Assembly (NCBI GenBank): GCA_026770705.1
Contig: JANJGN010000022.1
Location: 14,074,001 to 14,138,000 of the forward strand
DNA from: Isurus oxyrinchus
Taxonomy: Eukaryota
DNA length: 64,000 bases
Direction: 5' to 3'
In this document: positions 1 through 9,766 of the stretch, in pieces
How positions within the stretch are numbered: position 1 is the first letter of the stretch
Layout of the letters: each line of letters opens with the position of its first letter
The notes under the pieces: generated by a model
Databases searched by the model: none
Seen by the model: the letters and a program-made list of their open reading frames with translations, nothing else
Told to the model about the DNA's origin: nothing
Made by a program: the position numbers and the translations under genes

Positions 1-104
1 TTTTTCAATTACTGCATGATTTAATCAAAATATTGCACTGCAGTGTTTAATTTTATCTGGCAATCACAAAGGGTTTAGACCTGGCACATTGCAAAAGGCT
101 TTAC

Positions 105-185
105 CTTTTTGAGCTGGCATCAAGTTTCCATTCTGTGATGCGCTGAGCTTATCAGATTTTAGTTCTGTGGGTAACTGTTTGTAGT
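105..185 (-). CDS. Candidate 81-nt phase 1-1 exon of an unidentified minus-strand gene (DYKQLPTELKSDKLSASQNGNLMPAQK)
   Basis: Minus strand: polypyrimidine acceptor TCATTTTCACTTTTCTACTTAG, donor AAG|GTAAAG, length divisible by 3, only one frame open. Protein not recognised; could also be 5'UTR with a late ATG (MPAQK). Confidence 0.4.
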
Positions 186-1959
186 CTAAGTAGAAAAGTG
201 AAAATGATTTGTGGATTAGCGACCCAGAAGAACTTAACCGATGAATCAACCCCACGTAATGACGGTAAAATGGTTTTATGATGGCTTTTGATAAATTCAC
301 AATTAAAGGAAACGTTGCAATAATTACTATATATATTTATTTAAGGCCATAATAGTTAAGCACTATGACTCAGCTTGGACCAATTAGTGTTGGCATCAGA
401 TACATCGATGTAGGAAAAACAGTATTCAAGAATAATAGCAAAGTGTTCATGATATACTCAAGACACCAGTTTCTAAAAACCTAACAGAGTGCTTTAGAAT
501 CAGAGGTGCATACAGCTTAGACAAGCACTACCTTGAGATCTAAACAGGCAAACTACAGATATGACCATATGTGGCTGTTTGCCACAGAGTATCAACTTGC
601 AGGAAAAAACCCACCTCAGCAGACTATATCTGTCTACAAATAAGACACAGATTTCTCTAACACCACATTTACCCAATAGCAACTAATAAAAGAGCTCATT
701 ATTCAGTATTCCAGCGGGGTTTCAGCTTCAACAGCTGAATCTTGCTTGATATTTATGTTTGATTTTTTTTCAAATAAATGCTTTAGTTGTGAGCTCTATG
801 CTTCTCCATATGCCACAACTATGATCAGGAACTTACTTTGGACAGGTTATATAAGCAAACTTGCATTCTAATGGTTGCAGTTCACAAAGTAATTTAGATT
901 CAACCTTTTTATTTAAAATGAATATCAAGAATTGCAGTAGTACATATTTACTAAAATATGCTTATTCAGAGAAAAACAGCTAATGGAGATTCATTGGTTA
1001 AGTTTTTGGTTCAATTATACAATACCCAGTAACAGGAAATTACAGTCAACTTCATCTCTCAGTGTTGGGTTGTCACCATTCTGTTTATACTGTGGATTAC
1101 AATATAGGAAAAGAAAGACTTCTTAAATAATCAATTGAGGATTCATACTTGAATCAAAAAGCTTTCAATATTGTCACAATCATTTGCTTTATATATTACT
1201 GATCGACAACAAGCACCTTGGGGGAAAAAGCATTACTGAAACCATAGCCTGAAAGTCACTGTGAGCAATGTTACTATATAATATTCCAAGACAAGTTCCT
1301 CGCTATCTTAAGAGAGCCGTGAATGCTTTTATTTCCATGGGGCTAATGTCCCCATTAAAATGGTGGTAAAAGGCTAAGCATTCATAAGGTAATTTAAGTC
1401 AGTGTAGATTCTTAAACTGGAGAACACATTTTTTCAAAGCAATTAATTCATTTCCTGATGAAATGTTGGAGATTTCTGACCATGGGATTTATATTATTGC
1501 TGTTTGATTGTAGAGAAAAGCAGGCTTGTGTAGTGCTTATGCATAGATAAATTATAAAGAATGACAGAGGTCCCATGGTGTGGTTATATGCTGAAGAATA
1601 AATAGACTTTGTAAAAGAGCATTTCATCAAACCTTTCAAATATACCAAGGGTTTCATTGACAAATTATTTTAAAGTAACTGTTAATAAGTAAGAGAATAA
1701 ATTCTTATAGCAAGGACCACTAAACTTTGACAGCAACCATTCCTCATGCATGGAACCAAGCAGAGAAGCCCCACTCCCTGCAAATAGGTTTTTGCTGTAT
1801 ATGTTCATTCCTTTCCATTTGATTGGTTGGGACCATTGCAGTTTTTGTAATAATTTCTGATCTTTCAGCTTGGCTGGCATCCCATCCATCACCAGTGCAT
1901 CATAGCAGCAGTTATACCACCTACAAGATGCATTGCAGTAACTCGCCAAGGCATCTGTG

Positions 1960-2245
1960 ACAGCACCTTCCACACATCTACCACCTATAAGAATAAGGGC
2001 AGCAGGTGCAAATGAACACCATCACCTGCAAGTTTGCCTCCAAGTCACAGACCATTGTGATTTGGAAATACATTGTAGTTCCTTCACTGTCACTGAATCA
2101 AAATCCAAGAATTCCCTCCCTAACAGCACTTCGAGTGTACCTACACCCCTTGAACTGCAGCAGTTCAAGGCAGTGGCTGACTACCATCTTCTAAAGAGCA
2201 ATAAATGCTAGCTTTGCCAGCTAATTTCATGAAAAGATAAAAAAG
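1960..2245 (+). mobile_element. 3' end of a non-LTR retrotransposon (CR1/L2 group), decayed
   Basis: ...AAATCCAAGAATTCCCTCCCTAAC (WNSLP-like)...TTCAAGGCAGTGGCT...GCAATAAATGCTAGCTTTGCCAGC...A-rich end; the same tail occurs inverted near 42912-42980. Confidence 0.6.
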
Positions 2246-2744
2246 ACTTCCATTATTCTCCAATTTCCATCATCCTGTTTACTCAGTCCAGGTCTCTCCA
2301 TGTTTCTTCAGACTCTAACTTTCTGCAGCATTCACGATCACCCATTTGCCCAGCTACTTGAGCGAAACATGATGAAAATTTTTTGTCTCCACCCATTTAA
2401 TTTTCCTCATCTGCCAAATGGGTCCATTGTTGGTAAATATTTAGCAACTTTCTAGCTGCCCCCAGTCTCCACAAGGAACAAAGCAAATCAGTAGTTTTGA
2501 ACTGGAGCCTAACTTTGCACATATGTGTTAAGTGGGTGTTATTGGTTATATCATTGATCTCAAGCTATTCCAGGTTGGGTCCTAAAATTAAATTCTCAGC
2601 ATCTCATAGCTTTCCGAGGAATGGTAACAATAAGTCTGCAAAAATAAAAAAACCTTATCCTTCACTTCCTACAGCTGCCATTCCTATGACTAATTTTAAA
2701 ATAGATGGAGAGTAAACAGTCAAAAATATAAAAATAAACATTAA

Positions 2745-3363
2745 GAGCTTTTCCACGTGCATAAAAAGGAGGAAAGTAGCTAAAGCAATTGCTCATCCCT
2801 TAGAGGATCAGACTGATAAAAGTGCATGCAGTATTAAAGTAGGGAAGTCTTGCTATGAGTATACAGGCATTGCTAAGACCACTCCTAGAATACAGTTCTG
2901 ATCTCCTTACTTAAGGAAGGATATGTTTGCATTGCAGGCAGTTCACAGAAGATTCACTAGGTTGATGCTTAGGTTGAAGGGGTTGTCTTATGAGGAAATG
3001 TTGAGCAGGTTGGGCCTATACTCAATGGAGTTTAGAAGAGGGGTAGTCTTATTGAAACACAAGGTTCTGAGGGGTTTTGACAGAGTAAATGCTGGGAGGA
3101 TGTTTCCCCTAGTGGTGAATGTAGAGTGATAGGGTATAGTTTCAGAAGAAGGGGTCGTCCATTTAAGATTAAGATGAGGAGGAATTTCTTCTCTCAGAGG
3201 TTTGTAAATCTTTGGAATTCTCTATCCCGAGACCGAGTCATTAAACATATTCAAACTTGAGATAAACTGGTTTGAGCCCAAGATCAGATCAGCCATGATC
3301 TTGGTGAATGGCAGAGCAGGCTGAAGGAGCCTTATGACCTAGCCCTGCTCCTATTTCTTATGT
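2745..3363 (+). mobile_element. CR1-type LINE 3' fragment
   Basis: ORF2 C-terminal peptide VHRRFTRLMLRLKGLSYEEMLSRLGLYSMEFRR; tail ...CCTGCTCCTATTTCTTATGT. Confidence 0.85.
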
Positions 3364-3910
3364 ACAATAGTTATTGGTATGATTTTTTTTCCCAGTATCT
3401 CTGTTTTTCTGTCTCATTCCTAAACCCCACTCACCAACTCAGACCAAGTACCTCTGCTTGGAAAGCAATTAGTTAAACACTATTGGATTACAATCATATC
3501 AAAATCTTGGTTTAACTCCTGCCTATAAAATGAACATGAATTACCTTTTGACCAATGCTGCCAGCAGATTTAATCACTACATATGAACCACAGTCGAAGT
3601 GTGAGGAAATCTTGGCAAGAAAATTGGCAAATAAATCCAATTCCTTACTTTGAAGCTGGGTAAAGTTTGAGCCAGTTGGGTAAAATTTGAGCAACTGACT
3701 TAGCTCCGGTAGGCCACCAGCCAATCTCTCGGAAGCTTTGGTTTGGTTTTCTCTTAAACCTTAGCTCAGATGCACATAGCTGTATGATCACCAGCAGATC
3801 TTTGTGAATGGTGCAACTGGCAAGACAGTTCACTGGAGAAACATGACTCCAAGTAATCTGCAATAAATGGTAATAAAACTAACAGAGCAATTAACTTTGG
3901 TTCAACTTAC

Positions 3911-4045
3911 CTAAGGTATTTCATATCAGTCATTACCCAAATTCTTATGGAAGACTAATGAATCAGGGCGTTGAATTAGGATGTTATGGGGGAGAAACCA
4001 ACATAGTTTAAAAACTATACACTAAGCGAATTGTCTCCCACAAAT
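3911..4045 (-). other. Candidate 135-nt exon of the divergent gene (5'UTR, or UTR plus start MTDMKYL)
   Basis: Minus-strand acceptor ACTATTTCCCTGTAG and consensus donor TAG|GTAAGT; stops in all frames before the late ATG. Confidence 0.3.
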
Positions 4046-5444
4046 CTACAGGGAAATAGTGTTCAAACTACTGTAAATAATCCCAACCATAAACAATACA
4101 TGGCTCTCCGTTGCTAGCTAGGATTAGAGATACTCAATCCACTGCCAAGTGCCACATAAGTCTGCCCCAAGGTTGGCTGGAGGAGGGCAAGATGGTTGGA
4201 TATCGACCCTACTCATTTCATATTAAAACGCTTTCTTGAGAAACATTAACATTTTTTATTTCTCATTGATGCATCATAGTTTGAGTTACAATCCGTTACA
4301 GTAGTGCCATTAAAATGGGCCACAGTATAATTATAGTGCTACTCATACAATGCCCTGACGAGTTTTCCACTTTGCTATGATGCAGAATCAATTTCAGGTT
4401 CAGGAGTGAAGCTCTCCCAAGTGGATGCACACTTATGATTTGGGTGATGGTGGTTGGGAAAGAGAGAGATGGAGAAGAAAAAGAGTGATAGGGATCAATT
4501 GTGATTCATTCCAGGCAGACAATCAGTATAAACCACAATATGCAAAGTAACTCAGTAGTTACCAGGCTAAAAAAGGACCAGCAACACTGCCGCAGGCCAC
4601 AAGAGGTTAGAAAGAAATGGAGTCTTCCCAGGGGCACCCACAGGCCAAAACCAAAAAAAAAGTGTAGCTTATTGATCAGGTATCCAAGCAGTCATTGTCA
4701 CTATACTTTTAAACTTATAATCATACTTAAATATACAGAAATTTACATAGTATATGTAAATCTGTGGGACCCATCATGACAGAATCACTACACGAAAGTC
4801 TTTAAATCTGGAACACATGCCCAAAGCTGGTAACTCACTCCTACAGGAAATAGATATTATTCTAGTCGTAACAGACAGTCCAATTTCCAATGGAAAACAT
4901 CACTAAGGTTTAATAACTGAATAATACGCTACTCCCACTTAAAGCAAAAGAGAAGGGCATGGTTGCAAAAGACTGCAGGATACAGACATGGGGGAAAAGT
5001 TTATATCAAACAGTTGCAAAACGATGCCACAAATTGTAACAGGTGCCATCGATTTGCAGGACCTGGGGGGGAGGGGGGGCTGGGTGTAATAATGATTGAC
5101 AATCAGATTTCTCCATGCTTTAATTGACCACCTCATATTCCTTTTAGTGTTAACCAGATCTCTCTGCAGCAGTGGCACAGGAATTGGGCGAGACCACAGA
5201 TATATTTTTTTTACAGCTGAACTTCCTGATGGAAGCAGCCCAAGGCAGAGCATTGCCACTGGTTCCGGAGACACGGAGGGGGGGGGGTACACACGGTATG
5301 GGGCGTGGGGGGCGAACACCCTCCATTGCCTTGGTAACGCCAGCCAAAGGGGGCCCCGGGTTACATGGCAAGGAACTCTCGCCTGTCGGAAACGCGTATT
5401 ATCCAGGGGATCTAGAGAGCGATAAAAGAGCTGATAACACTTAC

Positions 5445-5560
5445 CGATCGGACAGTGTCACCGCCGCTCCAACCTTCACTCCCACATTATAGCCCCTGGG
5501 CGGAGAGCTCGCTCGCTCGCTCACTCACTCACCTGTGAACTTCCGCTCGTAGACAGCCGC
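5445..5560 (-). other. Probable non-coding first exon(s) of an unidentified divergent gene, two alternative donors
   Basis: Consensus donors on the minus strand: CAG|GTGAGT (exon ends 5533) and TCG|GTAAGT (exon ends 5445), at the edge of the CpG island beside a GC box and an ETS motif (CGGAAGT). Confidence 0.55.
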
Positions 5561-5592
5561 CCCGCCCCCCTCATTCCCCCAAGCCCAGCCAA

Positions 5593-5653
5593 GGTGGTGG
5601 TGGTGGTGGTAGTGGTGGTTGGGGGAGGGGGGTGGGGGGGGAGGAGAGAGGGG
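5593..5653 (+). repeat. (GGT)n microsatellite plus G-runs, G-quadruplex-prone
   Basis: GGTGGTGGTGGTGGTGGTAGTGGTGGTTGGGGGAGGGGGGTGGGGGGGGAGG seen directly. Confidence 0.85.
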
Positions 5654-6049
5654 TAGGAAATGAATGGCGCAGGCGCAGCCACACCACCACAAATACGCAT
5701 GCGTCGACCGGACACCCCCGTTCCATCAAGGCGCACGCGTCAGCTGGAGTGGTTCAAGAAGTGCGCACGCGTCCGCCCGGCCGGTTCGACTACTGCGCAT
5801 GCACCGCCGCGGCTTCGTTCCCGCGCGCAAGCGCATTATGCTTCCCCCATCGCCGAGGGCCACGTCTGTTTGGAGAGAGGGTTCCAGCTGAAGGGAAAGC
5901 AGCGACTTCAGCCATTGTTTACCGGTTGTTCCGTTGCCAGTTCTCTGGTGGCGTTTTTTGTTTAAATCGGGAGGTTAGACTGTGCGAGGCCTGGCTCTGC
6001 CGATCACTTCCTACCGGGGCGGAGGAGCGACCGTTTCCCTCCCGGCGCC

Positions 6050-6364
6050 ATGGCCGTGTCCGCCAGGAACCTGCGGGTCAGCGACATCCAGGACCCCGGC
6101 TCCCTCTTCGAGCGCTACGGCACCGAGGAGATCCGGCAGGTGGAGCGGAGGGTCCGCGCTGAGATCGAGCAGAAGAAGGAGGAGCTGCGCCAGATGGTGG
6201 GCGAGAGGTACCGCGACCTGATCGAGGCAGCCGACACCATCGCCGACATGAGGCTGTGCTCCGAGAAGGTGGTCACCTCGGTGCGGGACATGTACGAGTA
6301 CTGCACCCGCATCAAACCGTCCGCCACCGGCAGAGCCGCACCTCTCACTGCCAAGCGCAGCCAG
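6050..6364 (+). CDS. COG1: COG1 exon 1 (315 nt coding)
   Basis: Kozak GGCGCCATGG; MAVSARNLRVSDIQDPGSLFERYGTEEIRQVERRVRAEIEQKKEELRQMVGERYRDLIEAADTIADMR...; donor CAG|GTGTGT. Confidence 0.95.
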
Positions 6365-6572
6365 GTGTGTGTACGCGCCTGCCAGCCCAATTCTGCATAA
6401 CAGCCCCGGGTTTATATAGCGTCCTCATCACAGGGGCCGAAAAGGGACAGAAAGCTGTGCCACTCATTATTGCAGCTTATTTTTCTGTTGAGTTTTGACA
6501 GGGTAGAGGCTGAGGGGGCTGTTTTCCCCTGGCCGGAGAACCTAGAACTAGGCGGCCCAAAGCAAAACACTT

Positions 6573-6602
6573 GGGGGGGGGGGGGGGGGGGGTGGGTGGG
6601 GG
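6573..6602 (+). repeat. Poly-G tract (G20 followed by TGGGTGGGGG)
   Basis: Seen directly. Confidence 0.9.
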
Positions 6603-6611
6603 AACGCTGGT

Positions 6612-6697
6612 TATCTGAAATAAAAACAGAAAATGCTCACATCTGTGAAGAGAGGAACAGAGTCAACGTTACGGACCTGTGATCTTTCATCACGACT
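6612..6697 (-). mobile_element. Penelope-like element terminal fragment (family 2) with decayed hammerhead-like motif
   Basis: Reverse complement AGTCGTGATGAAAGATCACAGGTCCGTAACGTTGACTCTGTTCCTCTCTTCACAGATG...TTTTCTGTTTTTATTTCAGAT; related pieces at 7405-7481 and 55137-55255. Confidence 0.55.
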
Positions 6698-7404
6698 AAG
6701 GGACACAGTCTCAGGATGAGGGCCGAACGTTTTGGACTGAGATTAGTAATTTCTTCAATCGGGGGGCTGTGAAATTTTTGGAATACTCTATCCCAAAGAG
6801 CTGTGGATTCTCAATTGTTGAGTATTTTTAGATGGGAGTTAAGGAATGTAGTAGGAATAGGGGGGAAGTGGGGATGAAGCCAAAGATCAACCATAATTTT
6901 ATTGAACAGTACCAGGCTGGAGGGGCAGTATGACTTACTCTGGCTCCTATTTCTTATCTTCTCTCCACCCTCCATTCCACTGGTCTCTTTATTAATTCAT
7001 TCTGGTGCAATTTTGACTGGTGTCTAAAGCAGCACTAAACTTATGATGGTCTGCATATGGTATTACGTATTTTTGCGTTTATCAATTTTCAGCTAACATG
7101 TTTTCGGTGTTTTATTATGACATTAGCAAACACCTAACTCATCCAGCATTTACAATTTGTATTAATAGTACTTGTTATAACAATGTAAACATCTCATGGT
7201 CTTTAATTGACCAAAAGAACAGTATGCAGCATTAGTTGTATAGTCAGGGGAAGTAACCAAATAAATGTATGGCCAAAGAGATTAGTTTTTGAGGATGTTT
7301 CCGAAAGTAGGACAAGGCATACTGATGTGAGAGGAGTTGAGGGAGAGAATTCTAGTTTATAAAATAGAGACTGCTGAAGGTGAGATGGGTGATAGACACA
7401 TGAG

Positions 7405-7481
7405 GACTCAAAACGTCAACTCTTTTCTTCTCCGCCGATGCTGCCAGACCTGCTGAGTTTTTCCAGGTAATTCTGTTTTTG
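7405..7481 (+). mobile_element. Penelope-like element terminal fragment (family 2)
   Basis: ACTCAAAACGTCAACTCTTTTCTTCTCCGCCGATGCTGCCAGACCTGCTGAGTTTTTCCAG matches the copies at 6612-6697 and 55137-55255. Confidence 0.55.
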
Positions 7482-8371
7482 ACTTGGGAATTAGTTTGGA
7501 TACAGGCAGCAATGTTTTAGTCAAAGGGTTGGTAAAGTTGATCTGAGTGATGACCATAATATTGATGCGAATTTGAGGTGGTGATATGGGCAGAGACAGA
7601 TGATATTTAAAGTGGAAAAAGGCACCTTGCTGACAGTATGTGAAAATAGATTTATAAATCAACTATTAATGCAGAAAAATCCAAGCAGTGTAATCTTTAA
7701 AAAAAAAGGATATTGTACCAAATAAGATATTAAAAATAGTGAACAAATCCTTTGGCAAAGAGGTGGAAGGATTTATGAAGTCTGATGCTTAGGTGGCTGA
7801 TGGCATTGCTACCAATTGTAGGGTGAAGGAAAGGGAGAGATGTACAAGGAGCTGGCATCAAACAAATAGTGATTTCCTGTAGGGCTGGAAAATATTAGAG
7901 ATCGGGAGGAATGAGGCCACAGAGGGACTTAAACATGAGAATAAGAATTTTAAATGTTTTTGTGCTGGAGGAAATTCTTCAGGAAAGAGTATGGCCAGCT
8001 GAGTTTTGGGCTGAAGTAATGTAGAGGTTGAAGAATGGTAAATTGATGAATAAATCTTTGGAACGGAAGAATCTGGCATTAACAGAGGCATAGATGAGAA
8101 TTTTGGAATCAGATGGCAAGAGCTTGGAGCAGAAGTGTGTGGTGTTACGGGGTTGATGTAAATAGTAGAGATTATATGGCTTTGGCAGCTCGCTGCCTGT
8201 GGTGGTTGTTCAGAACTAAGAAAGGCAGTGGATCAAATTGCAACGGAGAAGGACCTAGTAGACAACTGCCAGTTAAGGAGCCATCTTGCACTGCCATTGT
8301 ATATGATTTGAAATTTATTCATAAATTAGGTCATCAACGTTGTATACATAGAGTTCAGTAATAAACACCAG

Positions 8372-9020
8372 GGGCAGGATCTTCTGGTCGGCGAGTGGGG
8401 GTGGGGCCTGCTCGCCGACATGTAAAATGACGCGGGTGTGATGTTGCGTGGAACTCCCGATGTCAACCTGCGTCATTTCCGTTTTCAGGTTGGTGGGGGC
8501 ACAGTCGAGTCAGCTGCGTGCCCGCCAACTTGTCAATGGCCCATTGAGGCCATTGAAAAACTAATTAAAGTCATTAAAGGACCTGCCTGTCCAACCTTAA
8601 GGTTGGCAGACAGGCCGGGAGCCCAGGCTGGTTCAGAAAAGGCATGAAACCTCATCCACGGGCGGGATGAGGTTTCATGAGGATATTTAAATTTTTATTA
8701 AAGGTTTCAATAAAAGTTACGGACATGTCCAAACTCATGTGACAGGGTCACATGAGGGGACATGGCAGGGAAATTTTTTTATCATTTGTATTACAAATTT
8801 TAATTCCAAGCCGATCTCTCTGAGGCAGCACTTAGCCTCAGGGAGTTCTGTGCGCTGTTGTGTGCATGTGCGAAAAAGCGCACTCCCGGCTCAGGGAATC
8901 CACCCTGCCCGCAGAGGGAGCGCATAATGCTTCCGAGCGGATGTCACGCTGGGTGGGCCTTAATTGGCCCACCCACGTAAAATGGTGGCCGCCTCCAGTC
9001 GGAGGCAATCCCGCTCCCGC
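8372..9020 (+). mobile_element. Harbinger-type MITE copy with internal hairpin array (3' end unclear)
   Basis: Starts GGGCAGGATCTT; shares internal blocks with 30152-30723, 52888-53170 and 57885-58490. Confidence 0.75.
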
Positions 9021-9521
9021 ACTTTGTCCTTCAAATGAGGTGGGGGTAAGTAATGTTTCTCCAGGAAAAGAATGAATTTGGACCTAAGATGCGTATTTTA
9101 TGGTAAGAACTGAAAAGGGTGGCATTGGTTTTGCAACATTTAGTTGGAGAAAATTCAGGACCATCTGTGACTTGATGTTGAAAAAGGCAGCAGGTTATAG
9201 TAATAATATATGGAAACCGACTCCATCATCATAAATTGAGTTGTAGGGAGACAACAGATCACAGAGGTTGGGGAGGGGGAGCCAGAGATGGCACCTTAGG
9301 CCACGGGAATAATCAGACTTGAATTAAAAGCAATTGAGGGAGATGTTTTGACAATGAGACAGATCAGAATAAAGCCAGCAGATCAGTCAGTATCTCTGAA
9401 AGTAAAAGATAGGCTTTATATGGTTAATATGATCTTGGTAGACTTAATCTTTAAACTAGGTACAGAGGTGTGAGCAACAGTAATGTAAAATGCAGACAGT
9501 GATTTTATATTTCTGCTTCAG

Positions 9522-9766
9522 GCTCAGCAACAATCCCAGGAGAAATTCTACAGTATGGCAGCACAGATCAAGCTCCTTCTGAATATGCCAGAGAAAATTT
9601 GGAGTGCCTTAGAGTCATCACAATATCTCCATGCTACTCAAATGTATCTGCTGTGCTGTCACATTCATAGTATCCTCCAGTTGGACTCCTCTGGTTCCTA
9701 TTACAGTCCTGTTCTGGCCCGCTTTCCCATCCTTGTTCGACAAGTAGCAGCAGCAGGTCACTTCAG
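9522..9766 (+). CDS. COG1: COG1 exon 2 (245 nt)
   Basis: Acceptor TTCTGCTTCAG; AQQQSQEKFYSMAAQIKLLLNMPEKIWSALE...VAAAGHFR; donor CAG|GTTAGT. Confidence 0.95.

Larger units (their letters stand above)
5240..6400. promoter_or_regulatory. CpG island / bidirectional promoter (COG1 and divergent gene)
   Basis: Sharp GC/CpG enrichment against AT-rich flanks; several NRF1-like GCGCAnGCG motifs (5667-5835), ETS motifs (ACTTCCG 5539, ACTTCCT 6006), GC boxes; no TATA. Confidence 0.8.
6490..6962 (+). mobile_element. CR1-type LINE 3' fragment interrupted at about 6553-6695 by a G-tract and a Penelope-like fragment
   Basis: FDRVEAEGAVFPW...ACTAGG resumes as ACTAAGGGACACAGTCTC; ends with ...GCTCCTATTTCTTATCTT. 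Confidence 0.7.

Noticed and set aside
1665-1973. 102-aa minus-strand ORF with YKNL, loosely recalling the ABCA5 N-terminus
   Set aside because: Surrounding residues do not match, no fitting donor, and the 5' end overlaps a retrotransposon fragment.
3512-3863. Two overlapping minus-strand ORFs with an acceptor at 3858 and donor at 3545
   Set aside because: The intron from the 3911 donor would be only 53 nt, no frame is open across the segment, and the phase does not fit the 105-185 exon.
5096-6221. Many overlapping 70-176 aa ORFs in the CpG island
   Set aside because: Expected from stop-codon scarcity in GC-rich sequence; low-complexity translations; only the 6050 ATG gives a recognisable protein.
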